Shown here: in pieces, positions 17,901-25,883 of the stretch
How positions within the stretch are numbered: position 1 is the stretch's first letter
How the letters are laid out: each line of letters starts with the position of its first letter
Assembly (NCBI GenBank): GCA_017447865.1
Contig: JAFSMO010000059.1
Span: forward strand, 44,544-108,543
DNA length: 64,000 nucleotides
Reading direction: 5' to 3'
Origin: Thermoguttaceae bacterium
Lineage (GTDB): Bacteria; Planctomycetota; Planctomycetia; Pirellulales; Thermoguttaceae
Made by a program: the position numbers and the translations under genes
Notes under the pieces: generated by a model
The model's database searches: none
Told to the model about the DNA's origin: nothing
Seen by the model: the letters and a program-made list of their open reading frames with translations, nothing else

Positions 17901-20900
17901 TCCGGACGCTCTGAACGCCGCGACGCAAGCGATCCCCGCCCTCCCGGAAGCCAACCCCAACGCCGAGACGGACGCCCTTCCGGCCGAGATCAATCTCGAC
18001 GACTCGCCGATCGAAGCCCCGAAAGCCGATGAAGCGCCGAAGGCTGAGGAAGCAGCCGCTCCTTCGGAATCGACCGCCGGCACCGAGGACGATGAAGACG
18101 AAGAACTCGAGGAAGACGATCTGGAAGAGGACGACCTGGAGGAAGACGAAGCTCCGAAAGTCGAAATTCCCGAACCGATTCTGAAAATCATCTCCCTGCC
18201 GGAAAACGCGACGCAGGAACAGTGCGTGGAATATTTGTCGATGCGGGACAGCGAGCAATTTCAGGACCTTGTGATGCAAATCCTGCAGTCCGGCAACCAG
18301 GGCCTCCTCATGGCCATTATGGGAAAAATGGAAGGGGACACGGTAACGGCTTGCCGGCAGATTCTAATCTCCCCAACCGTTAAAAAAGCGGATTTGGAAA
18401 GTGCTGTAAACATTCTGCTCGTCAAACTTCATAGCGAAACCGTAGATGACCCAGACGCTTTCACTGCCGGCTTGGCCGACCTGAAAAAATCCCTGAAAAA
18501 GACTCCGTTCCCGGAACTGACGAAAATCCTTGAAACCGCCAAGGCCTGGTACGCGTTCAAAACCAAATTGGACACTCTGGATGATGAGGATGAACCGACT
18601 GACGAGCAGCTCGACGCTTTGTTCCAGGAATACAAAACCATCCTTCCGACGGCCTTTGCTTCCGATTCCTGGAAAGGCTACGCGTCGCTCGCTTGCCGCG
18701 AGTGCTTTGAGGTTTTCCAGCAGGACGACGCCAAACTTCTGGAAATCGCCAATCTGGTCCTGAAAAACGCGGAAGGAAAGGAAGGCGAGGACTGGGACGA
18801 TCTGCGCAATGAAATGCAGGGCGTGGTCGATAAAATCGAGATGAAGACCAAGCCGGTCCAGTTCACCGCCAAAGAAGGTGCGACGCTGGACGAGCTGAAA
18901 GCCTCCGTTGATGAAAAGGTCCAGGCGATTCTGGAACTCGATGACCCGGCCGCAACGCTGAAAAAGCTGGACGAGTTGAAAACCGCCGTCGCAGGCGTGA
19001 AGAACGAGGAACTCAACGCCTATACCGCGTGGGAAACCAGACTCTTTAACTTCTTCATTGAACTCACACAGCCGGTGGAAATCGCGGACGGCGATGATGA
19101 TGACGAGACCGAAAAAGCCGAAACGGAACCGGACGTCATGAAGACTCTGAACGCTTTGATCGACGAAGCCGCGAAAGTGAAGCCGACCGAGCATTCTTCT
19201 CTCATGTTGTGTCTGGTCACGCTTTCCTCGATAGATTACCCCCAAGACGTAGAACCCGATGCGAAAGTCGAGTTGATCACGAAACTTCAGGAACTCGCGA
19301 AAAAGTTTGACTTTGACTCCGTAGATACGCAAAGACTCGTGCAAGCCCTGGAAGACCGAAAAGAGCGGATCCTGAACCCCGACGCCGACGAAAAAGACGA
19401 TGAAGAAGAGGAAAAAACGGAAGTTTCCACCGATTTCGTCCCGGCAGAAGGCGCAACGCTCGACGAGATGAAAGCCCAGGCGAGCAAGCAGATTTCGGCC
19501 CTCGCAAATTCCAAGGGCGACGTTCCCGCGAAACTGGACGCTTTTGAAGCCTCCGTCAAAAAAGTCGGGAACGACGAACTCAGCGCCTGCGTGAACTGGG
19601 AACTCGGAATTTTCCGCTTCCTCTTCGGGCTGCGCGAAGCGAAAGAACGTCCGGATCTGGATACTCTCGTGACCAAACTGACCGAAATCGCCGCCAGGGG
19701 AGTCGAGCTGAAAGCCTTCCAGGACGATTCGCTCCAGCTCCTGTTCCGGCTGAGCATGAACGTCGCTCCCAACACGAACGACCCGGAAGTCGGCAAAAAA
19801 CTCCTGACCACCATGAAAGCGGCCCTCGCGGCCTCGAAAGCGCCGTGGGCGTCCATGGCCGGCTCCGAGATCGACGGGATCCTGGTCAAGCTCAACCTCC
19901 CGGGCAACCCGATCGAACTGTCCGCGGAAACCCTCGACGGGAAAACGGTCAAAATTGAAGATTTTGCCGGGAAAACCGTCCTGATCGACGTCTGGGCCAC
20001 CTGGTGCGGGCCGTGCGTCGGTGAGATTCCGAACATTCGCAAGGCCTGGAACGCCTACCACGACGCCGGTTTCGAAGTCATTGGTCTGAGCATCGACGAC
20101 GACCTGAAAGAGCTGAAATCCTTCCTCAAGAAGAACGACGTTCCGTGGACCATCGTCACGCAGCAGAAAATGAAGGACACCGTTCATTTTGACGATCAGT
20201 ACGGCATCTCGGCGATCCCCGCGATGTTCCTCGTCGGCGCGGACGGAAAAGTCATCACGATCAACGCCCGCGGCCAATTGATGGAGCTTCTGGCGAAAAT
20301 CTACCCGAACGTCGAAGTTCCGGAGGATGAAGACGCGGATGAAGATGAGGACGAAGATGAAGACGAGGACGAAAAAGAAGAGGAAGTTTCCACCGATTTC
20401 GTCCCGGCAGACGGCGCGTCGCTCGACGAGCTGAAAGTTCAGGCGCACAAACAAATCATGGCCCTGATCAACGCCAACGGCCTGAATCTTGACAAAATGG
20501 ACGCTTTTGAAGCCTCTGTCAAAAAAGCCGGAAACGGGGAACTCGACGCCTGCGTGAACTGGGAACTCGGGATTTACCGTTTCATCCGGAAACTCGTTTC
20601 GGAAGACGGACTCGACATGAACGAGATGGCGGCCAAATTCACCGAAATCATCACCAAAGGGGTCGAGCTGAAAGCCATTCAGGAAGGGTCGCTCCGCGAA
20701 CTGGTCCAGATCGGCACGGTCCTCGCCCCCGACGCGGAAGATACGGAAATCGCCAAAAAGCTTCTGAACGCGCTGAAAGCAGCACTTGCGGCCTCGGACG
20801 TTCCGTGGGCGGAGCCGGCCGGCAAACGGATCGACGGGATCTTGGTCAAGCTCAACCTCCCCGGAAATCCGATCGAACTGACCGCGGAAACCCTCGACGG

Positions 20901-23562
20901 GAAAACGGTCAAAATTGAAGATTTTGCCGGGAAAACCGTCCTGATCGACGTCTGGGCCACCTGGTGCGGACCATGCCGTGCGGAAACCCCGAGAATTCGT
21001 GAAGCGTGGGACGCGTACCACGAAGCCGGTTTTGAAGTCATTGGTCTGAGCCTCGACAAAGATCTGGATAAACTGGGATCTTTCGTCGATGAAAACGAGA
21101 TCCCGTGGACCATCGTCACGCAGCAGAAAATGGAAGGCGTGAAATTTGACGACCAGTACGCCATCACGGGGATCCCCACGATGTTCCTCGTCGGCGCGGA
21201 CGGAAAAGTCATCACGATCAACGCCCGCGGCAAATTAATGGAGCTTTTGGGGAAAATCTACCCGGACGTGAAAGTCCCTGAAGAGAAAGAAGCCGACGAA
21301 ACGGACTCCGACTCCCAGGCCGGGATCGAAAAAAAAAATAAAGACTCCGTGACGGAGTCTGAGTCGATGGCTGGCACGGAAGACGAGGACGAGGAAGACG
21401 CGGACGCGCCGGAAGAAGCCAAGCCGGAGGAGATTTCGACCGACTTCGTTCCGCCGGAAGACGCGACGCCTGAAGCGCTTCGCAACGCGGTTTACATCCA
21501 GTTCATGCAGCTCGTTCAGAAAGCGCAGGGAAACCCGTTCGAGCCCGTTCTGAAGTTCCAGAAATCGGTGAACGCTCAGGGAAACGCCGACCTGACGGAA
21601 TTCCTGGACTGGAACGTGGAAACGCTCCGGTTCCTGACCGTCAAAATCCGGACCGCGACCGACATTCAGGCGCTGACCGATGAACTGGCCGAGCTTTTGA
21701 CCAAAGGCACAAAGATCAAGGCGCTGCGTCCCGAATTTCTCAGCCCGCTGACGCAGCTTTCCGTTCAGCTGATCAGTGCGCTGGACCCGCCTGCCGCGAA
21801 AAAACTCGCTGCTGCAATTCAGAACGCTCTGGCCTCGAGTGGCCAACCTTGGGCGCCGCGGGCCGCCAAAATGATCCAGGGGATCCTGACCCAGATGGAT
21901 CTGCCGGGCAAACCGCTGGACCTCGTCGCGAAGACCCTCGACGGGAAAGAAATCAAGATCCAGGACTTTGCCGGGAAAACCGTGCTGGTGGACGTCTGGG
22001 CGACCTGGTGCGGCCCGTGCCGCGCGGAATTCCCACGCATGGCCAAGGCCTACGAAGCGTTCCACGACGCCGGGTTTGAAATCATCGGCCTGAGCGTGGA
22101 CAAAGACCTGGAAAAACTCAAAGGTTTCGTCGAAGAGGAAAAAACGCCGTGGATCATCGCGACCCAGGACGGAATGGACCTTCCGGAATCTTTCTCCGAG
22201 AAATACGGCATCATGGGGATCCCCACGATGTTCCTCGTCGGTGCGGATGGAAAGGTCCTCACGACCAACGCCCGCGGCCGCCTGATGCAGCTTTTGGGTG
22301 AGATTTACCCCGAAGCCGCCGAAGCAGCCCGTAAAAAGGCCGAGGAAGAAACGCGCCTCGACGCTCCCGCCGATTCCGCCGCACCTTCCCAGTCGATGAG
22401 CACGACGGAAGAAGACGCTGAAGAAGCCGCGCAGGAACAGGCCGAAAAACCGGCGTCTGAAGCGAATATTCTGGACCAGTTCTCCACGCTCCCGAAGGAT
22501 TCCAGTCTCACCGCGACGAAAGAGTTTCTTGAAAGTTTCGACCAGCACGCTTACGAAATCCAGGCCGCGCTCCAGCAGTCCCCCAGCATGGAAGCCGCGA
22601 TGGAAAAGGTCCAGAAAATTCAGGACGTGCGGGCCCAGGCCGCAGACCTGATCATCGCGAATGAGCAGGCGACCGAGGCCGACCTGAAGCTTGCGGTGAA
22701 CATCAAAATTCAAGCCATTCTGTTCACGGCCCAGATCCAGAATGACGCCAAGGCGGCCGAAAAAGCGGACGCGGCTTTCTCGAAGCTGATCGCGGCCCTC
22801 GAAGCCCGTAAAGCCGAGGCGATCGTGATTCAGGTTCAGGTCGAACAAATCATCGCCGGCTCGATGCTGCTTGGCCGGATGCCGAACGCCGGGGAAATGG
22901 GCGCCACGCTCGAAAAACTGACGGCCGTCTGCCAGCGCGCCAAGGCTTCCAAGTGCATGAATGGCGACCTGATGGGCCAGTTCATGCGATTGATCGTTTC
23001 CGCGCACGATTTGGGCGTCGATGCCGGGAAAATCGAAACCGCTTGCACGGCTTTGCGTGAGGCGGTGCTGGCGACGGAAGACCCGCAGCTCATCAATACG
23101 GCCGACTTCATCACGGGAATGGCCCGCCGCGCGATGCTGAAAGGGAAGCCGATGGAACTGGTCGGCACGACGCTCGACGGCCAGACGGTCGACATTCAGA
23201 AGGACTACGCCGGAAAAGTCGTGCTGGTCGATTTCTGGGCGACCTGGTGCAACCCGTGCGTCATGGAGCTGAAAAACCTCGAGGATAAATATTACGCCGC
23301 GTTTCACGAAAAGGGCTTTGAAATCCTCGGTTTCAGCATCGACGCGGACCGGAACCAGCTCGCGGCCTTTCTGGAACGCCGCAAACTCCCGTGGCAGACG
23401 ATTTGCCAGCAGGGCGATTTTGACCCGGTTTTCTACTACGGGATCCAGGCGATTCCGTGCCTGATCCTCGTCGGCCCGGACGGAAAAGTCATCCGCGAGA
23501 TCCCCACGATGCGCCGCGACGAAGTCCTCTCCGCCGAGCTGAAGAAGATTTACAGCGAGTGA
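14959..23562 (+). CDS. Giant lipoprotein (2,867 aa) with four TlpA/ResA-type thioredoxin-fold domains on repeated helical modules
   Basis: The lipoprotein signal is MAKLNLIRFVLSFFAAAVLLSG-C. There are about 5 copies of a helical module (F.xLPxxxxxxxxxEYLxSxDSxEFQ). These are followed by repeated units of the form STDFVP...helical...Trx domain. Highly acidic linkers (DEDEDEDEDE, EDDLEEDDLEEDE) separate the units. Confidence 0.9.
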   Translation: MAKLNLIRFVLSFFAAAVLLSGCIKPPVEDRNAEISDSASSSEKTEAAATDSEAAKVDSAVTDAAQELIPEALREFTTLPKDRSAKSLAAYIESLDGPEFQAAAISVMQSQDENARAGLQVAAQILQENKMTAADMILGAEDATEDEYMQALSVQMESQIMNAQRTQASPESVSLQLNTLRDKVEKGRFPKLTERVDLVKGSLALMDKAEKMAKDGEPKPEELDAFYDEYNAQLDKVLAQKLDSLNVFMMMNIAQLFQTDSAKMLPVCEKVQAALEKSPVESLKSLSSVLPQQIEALKKDVQLQAVTPEDVKEKVAKFKAFPEEKTPAKLAEYLKLLESDEFYETMQSLREVRKEEVQNTLNEEWKEIQKNTEEAAKEICKSEDATEEEFKTALDWRLRLVMAYTAEEEKPSFAQMEERYTVLKDELEKSKFPQFAPRAAVCAQTAAILEKAAPIFEGTTQPTPEQKDALYPDLLQLAEDAVKADMVEGLPLEVLAQSVGMFQDDKEKAKSILETLIKGLEGKEDENSKMFLNSLKMRLQMIENPEMAQAMQNGQNPQAAQTPAQPELTPEQIDELKAKLEAFAKLPEEKTAAALEAYVNSVDSPEFQQTAMPLFQKQDPELQSWLTETMTKLQDTVKEALGLLCKAEDATEEQYKDALRFRLDLMRADKARKNIEPDYAALTEEVKAGRFPALVSLVELESATNSLMEKASTLFSGAEDPTAEQKDELYAEFLPFVEKACAAGELKGPQLQAIMQLASIFSDDNQKMKEICEALLKGLEGKDDPQSEQLRAVLQKQLDDIKFVTEPMTFTAPEGTDLKGLKELVSQKMEIIMRAGTKDLPTEKLAEFLAAVEKFGNEDLTAYTSWQIDLIHLIPLIQSADFDINTFKEKFLACVKTGTEKNLFNINCLQMCVQMAAISSQKPGVKSSDEGKAAVEEMLNAILPVCDSLEVTGREEELKGQFRKSIESFLKELKEAPEEVAPDALNAATQAIPALPEANPNAETDALPAEINLDDSPIEAPKADEAPKAEEAAAPSESTAGTEDDEDEELEEDDLEEDDLEEDEAPKVEIPEPILKIISLPENATQEQCVEYLSMRDSEQFQDLVMQILQSGNQGLLMAIMGKMEGDTVTACRQILISPTVKKADLESAVNILLVKLHSETVDDPDAFTAGLADLKKSLKKTPFPELTKILETAKAWYAFKTKLDTLDDEDEPTDEQLDALFQEYKTILPTAFASDSWKGYASLACRECFEVFQQDDAKLLEIANLVLKNAEGKEGEDWDDLRNEMQGVVDKIEMKTKPVQFTAKEGATLDELKASVDEKVQAILELDDPAATLKKLDELKTAVAGVKNEELNAYTAWETRLFNFFIELTQPVEIADGDDDDETEKAETEPDVMKTLNALIDEAAKVKPTEHSSLMLCLVTLSSIDYPQDVEPDAKVELITKLQELAKKFDFDSVDTQRLVQALEDRKERILNPDADEKDDEEEEKTEVSTDFVPAEGATLDEMKAQASKQISALANSKGDVPAKLDAFEASVKKVGNDELSACVNWELGIFRFLFGLREAKERPDLDTLVTKLTEIAARGVELKAFQDDSLQLLFRLSMNVAPNTNDPEVGKKLLTTMKAALAASKAPWASMAGSEIDGILVKLNLPGNPIELSAETLDGKTVKIEDFAGKTVLIDVWATWCGPCVGEIPNIRKAWNAYHDAGFEVIGLSIDDDLKELKSFLKKNDVPWTIVTQQKMKDTVHFDDQYGISAIPAMFLVGADGKVITINARGQLMELLAKIYPNVEVPEDEDADEDEDEDEDEDEKEEEVSTDFVPADGASLDELKVQAHKQIMALINANGLNLDKMDAFEASVKKAGNGELDACVNWELGIYRFIRKLVSEDGLDMNEMAAKFTEIITKGVELKAIQEGSLRELVQIGTVLAPDAEDTEIAKKLLNALKAALAASDVPWAEPAGKRIDGILVKLNLPGNPIELTAETLDGKTVKIEDFAGKTVLIDVWATWCGPCRAETPRIREAWDAYHEAGFEVIGLSLDKDLDKLGSFVDENEIPWTIVTQQKMEGVKFDDQYAITGIPTMFLVGADGKVITINARGKLMELLGKIYPDVKVPEEKEADETDSDSQAGIEKKNKDSVTESESMAGTEDEDEEDADAPEEAKPEEISTDFVPPEDATPEALRNAVYIQFMQLVQKAQGNPFEPVLKFQKSVNAQGNADLTEFLDWNVETLRFLTVKIRTATDIQALTDELAELLTKGTKIKALRPEFLSPLTQLSVQLISALDPPAAKKLAAAIQNALASSGQPWAPRAAKMIQGILTQMDLPGKPLDLVAKTLDGKEIKIQDFAGKTVLVDVWATWCGPCRAEFPRMAKAYEAFHDAGFEIIGLSVDKDLEKLKGFVEEEKTPWIIATQDGMDLPESFSEKYGIMGIPTMFLVGADGKVLTTNARGRLMQLLGEIYPEAAEAARKKAEEETRLDAPADSAAPSQSMSTTEEDAEEAAQEQAEKPASEANILDQFSTLPKDSSLTATKEFLESFDQHAYEIQAALQQSPSMEAAMEKVQKIQDVRAQAADLIIANEQATEADLKLAVNIKIQAILFTAQIQNDAKAAEKADAAFSKLIAALEARKAEAIVIQVQVEQIIAGSMLLGRMPNAGEMGATLEKLTAVCQRAKASKCMNGDLMGQFMRLIVSAHDLGVDAGKIETACTALREAVLATEDPQLINTADFITGMARRAMLKGKPMELVGTTLDGQTVDIQKDYAGKVVLVDFWATWCNPCVMELKNLEDKYYAAFHEKGFEILGFSIDADRNQLAAFLERRKLPWQTICQQGDFDPVFYYGIQAIPCLILVGPDGKVIREIPTMRRDEVLSAELKKIYSE
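19891..20306 (+). other. Thioredoxin-like (redoxin/TlpA) domain 1, WATWCGPC
   Basis: The sequence is GKTVLIDVWATWCGPC...GFEVIGLSID...IPAMFLVGADGKV. The CGPC codons lie at 20005..20016. Confidence 0.85.
20851..21264 (+). other. Thioredoxin-like domain 2, WATWCGPC
   Basis: This is a near copy of domain 1, offset by 960 nt. Confidence 0.85.
21895..22311 (+). other. Thioredoxin-like domain 3, WATWCGPC
   Basis: The sequence is GKTVLVDVWATWCGPCRAEFP...IPTMFLVGADGKV. Confidence 0.85.
23134..23559 (+). other. Thioredoxin-like domain 4, WATWCNPC
   Basis: The sequence is GKVVLVDFWATWCNPCVMEL...IPCLILVGPDGKV. This divergent copy sits at the C-terminus. Confidence 0.85.
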
Positions 23563-23582
23563 GTTCAGCTTCGCCGAAATTA

Positions 23583-23650
23583 AGTTTTCAGTTTTCAGTT
23601 CTCAGTTTTCAGTTCATCAACTGCCAACTGAAAACTGGCAACTGAAAACT
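23583..23650 (+). repeat. Long imperfect hairpin built from GTTTTCA heptamers and their complement
   Basis: The 5' arm AGTTTTCAGTTTTCAGTTCTCAGTTTTCAGTT (23583..23614) pairs with the 3' arm AACTGCCAACTGAAAACTGGCAACTGAAAACT (23619..23650). That is 32 positions with 4 mismatches and 1 G-U. It lies 20 nt after the stop of the giant gene, and no U-tract follows it. Confidence 0.8.
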
Positions 23651-23660
23651 CCCACCTCCC

Positions 23661-23690
23661 AATTCCTAATTCCTCATTCCTAATTCCTAA
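23661..23690 (+). repeat. Tandem heptamer array (AATTCCT)x4 immediately upstream of the EF-G start
   Basis: The array reads AATTCCT AATTCCT CATTCCT AATTCCT AATT and ends 7 nt before the ATG at 23698. It is preceded by CCCACCTCCC. Confidence 0.85.
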
Positions 23691-23697
23691 TTATAAA

Positions 23698-25797
23698 ATG
23701 TCCACTGCCATCGAGAAAATTCGCAATTTGGGAATCATCGCTCACATTGATGCCGGCAAAACGACCTGCACGGAACGGATTCTGTACTATTCCGGCTTCA
23801 ATCATAAAGTCGGCTCCGTCGATGAAGGAACCACCACAACCGACTTTGATGAGGAGGAGCAGGAACGCGGAATCACGATCTACTCCGCCGCGATCACGTA
23901 CCACTGGAACGACTGCACCGTGAACCTGATCGACACGCCGGGCCACGTCGATTTCACCGCCGAGGTGGAACGCAGTCTCCGCGTGTTGGACGGGGCCGCC
24001 GTCATTTTCAGCGCACGTGAAGGGGTCGAGGCCCAAAGCGAAACGGTCTGGCGTCAGGCCGACAAATACAACGTCCCGCGCCTTGCGTTCATTAACAAAA
24101 TGGACCGCGAAGGCGCTGATTTTGACGGGACCGTGAACGAGATCCAGAAGCGCCTCGGCGCGAACCCGCTCGTTCTGACCATCCCGGTCGGGGCGGGGCC
24201 GGAACATACGCCGGATCCTTTCCGCGGAACCATCGACCTGATCCAGATGAAAATGCTCGTCTGGGACCAGGAATCCAAAGGGATGAAATTCGATGTGCTG
24301 GAAATCCCGGAAGAAATGAAGGAAGAGGCGGAACTCTGGCGCTCCCAGCTGCTTGATCAGCTTTCCATGTTTAGCGACGAGATCACGGAGTTGATGCTCG
24401 CGGAAGAAGAGGTCCCCGCCGAACTGATCCACAAAGTGATCCGCGACGCGACGATCCACCTCCTCTGCGTCCCGGTGCTTTGCGGAACGGCTCTGCACTA
24501 CATCGGGATTCAGCCGCTGATGGACGCGCTTTGCGCCTACCTTCCCTCCCCGCTGGACATTCCGCCGGTGGAAGGGATCGACCCCAAGGGCCGCGACCCG
24601 AAAAACCCGGAAGAACCCAAAAAGATCCAGCGCAAAACCGACCCGAAAGAATCGTTCTGCGGACTGGTTTTCAAGGTGGTGCCGAGCAAACACGGCGATC
24701 TTTCCTACTTGCGCATCTACTCCGGTACGCTGAAACCCGGGTCCCGCGTGCTGAACGTGAGCCGGAACGAGAAGGAAAATGTCCCCCAGATCTACCGACT
24801 GCTCGCCGGTCACAAAGAATTGCTGAAAGAACCGGTTTACGCCGGCGACATCGTGGGGATCGTGGGATTAAGCAAAACGATCACGGGCGACACGCTCTCC
24901 GAAACGAACCACCCGATCCTTCTGGAATCGATCGAATTCCCGGAAACGGTCATTTCCATGGCAATCGAACCGGAAACGACCGCCGAGCGCAAGAAGCTCG
25001 ACGAAGTGCTGGAAATGATGCGCCGTCAGGACCCGACCTTCCAGGCCGTCGTGAACCCGGAAACGGGCCAGACGCTCATCAGCGGAATGGGCGAGCTGCA
25101 CCTGGAGATCATCAAGCACCGGCTTCTGCGTGACTTCAAACTAAACGTCCGGGTTCGTCCGCCGCGCGTCAGCTACCGCGAAACCATCAAAACGACCGCC
25201 GAGGTGGTGGGCGAGTGTACCCGTAAAATCGGCGACGTTCAGCTCTTCGCGCAGGTCAAAATCAAGATGGAGCCTTTCTCCAAGGGCGACAAATCGGTCC
25301 TCGTGATCCCGATGCTTCCGATCGGAACGCCCTGCCCGCTGGAATATCAGGACGCCGCGGTTCAAACACTGCGCGACCAGGCGGACGGCGGCGGAATGTA
25401 CGGTTTCCCGCTGATCCACATCAAAACGACGGTTCAGGACGTGATCGTTGATGAAACGACGAATGAAACGGCTGTGAACATCGCGGCGGCGGATGCGTTC
25501 AACAAAGCGGTGCTCCAGGCCGGGATCGACCTGATGGAGCCGATCATGAAGCTGGAAGTCACGACCCCCGAAGAGTGCGTGGGCGGAATCATCGGCGACC
25601 TGCAGCAGCGCCGCGCACAGGTGAATCAGACGTACGTCCGCGGCCATACTTCCGTCATTGAGGCGGAGGCGCCGCTCGCCACGCTCTTCGGCTACGCGAA
25701 CGACGTGAAAAGCCTGAGCCAGGGCCGCGCGTCGTTTTCCATGGAGCCGCTGACGTACCGGCCCGCGCCGAAAGAAGTGATGGACAGTTTCATGTAG
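23698..25797 (+). CDS. fusA: Elongation factor G (stand-alone copy, not in an rpsL-rpsG-fusA-tuf context)
   Basis: G motifs are present (AHIDAGKTT, DTPGHVDF, NKMD). The length is 699 aa and the domain IV/V regions are present. Confidence 0.92.
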   Translation: MSTAIEKIRNLGIIAHIDAGKTTCTERILYYSGFNHKVGSVDEGTTTTDFDEEEQERGITIYSAAITYHWNDCTVNLIDTPGHVDFTAEVERSLRVLDGAAVIFSAREGVEAQSETVWRQADKYNVPRLAFINKMDREGADFDGTVNEIQKRLGANPLVLTIPVGAGPEHTPDPFRGTIDLIQMKMLVWDQESKGMKFDVLEIPEEMKEEAELWRSQLLDQLSMFSDEITELMLAEEEVPAELIHKVIRDATIHLLCVPVLCGTALHYIGIQPLMDALCAYLPSPLDIPPVEGIDPKGRDPKNPEEPKKIQRKTDPKESFCGLVFKVVPSKHGDLSYLRIYSGTLKPGSRVLNVSRNEKENVPQIYRLLAGHKELLKEPVYAGDIVGIVGLSKTITGDTLSETNHPILLESIEFPETVISMAIEPETTAERKKLDEVLEMMRRQDPTFQAVVNPETGQTLISGMGELHLEIIKHRLLRDFKLNVRVRPPRVSYRETIKTTAEVVGECTRKIGDVQLFAQVKIKMEPFSKGDKSVLVIPMLPIGTPCPLEYQDAAVQTLRDQADGGGMYGFPLIHIKTTVQDVIVDETTNETAVNIAAADAFNKAVLQAGIDLMEPIMKLEVTTPEECVGGIIGDLQQRRAQVNQTYVRGHTSVIEAEAPLATLFGYANDVKSLSQGRASFSMEPLTYRPAPKEVMDSFM

Positions 25798-25816
25798 TCC
25801 CGTCCCTGAAAAAAGC

Positions 25817-25858
25817 AAACCCTCTTTCAGACGTTTTTGAAAGAGGGTTTCGTTTTTT
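25817..25858. terminator. Bidirectional rho-independent terminator between convergent genes
   Basis: AAACCCTCTTTCA-gacgtttt-TGAAAGAGGGTTT forms a 13-bp stem, with T-runs on both strands. Confidence 0.85.
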
Positions 25859-25883
25859 AAAATCCTAAAACCGGAAACGGCGT

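Larger units (their letters stand above)
19423..22311 (+). repeat. Intragenic tandem repeat of three units of about 960-1050 nt (helical module plus Trx domain)
   Basis: Units begin at 19423, 20386 and 21433, each at an STDFVP motif. Segment 19922..20008 is identical to 20882..20968 (87 nt). A further identical 51-mer lies at 20224 and 21181. Confidence 0.9.

Noticed and set aside
16000-23307. Minus-strand ORFs 16000..18279, 18364..21021 and 21235..23307 (690-885 aa).
   Set aside because: They are antisense to the multi-thioredoxin gene. The sequences are F/R/G/L-rich and reflect the complement of the Glu/Lys/Ala-rich sense frame. They also break exactly where sense-strand codon usage changes.
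23584-23690. Whether the short direct repeats could be a CRISPR array.
   Set aside because: The repeat unit is only 7 nt with no unique spacers, and no cas genes are present. These are microsatellite-like heptamers and a hairpin, not a CRISPR array.
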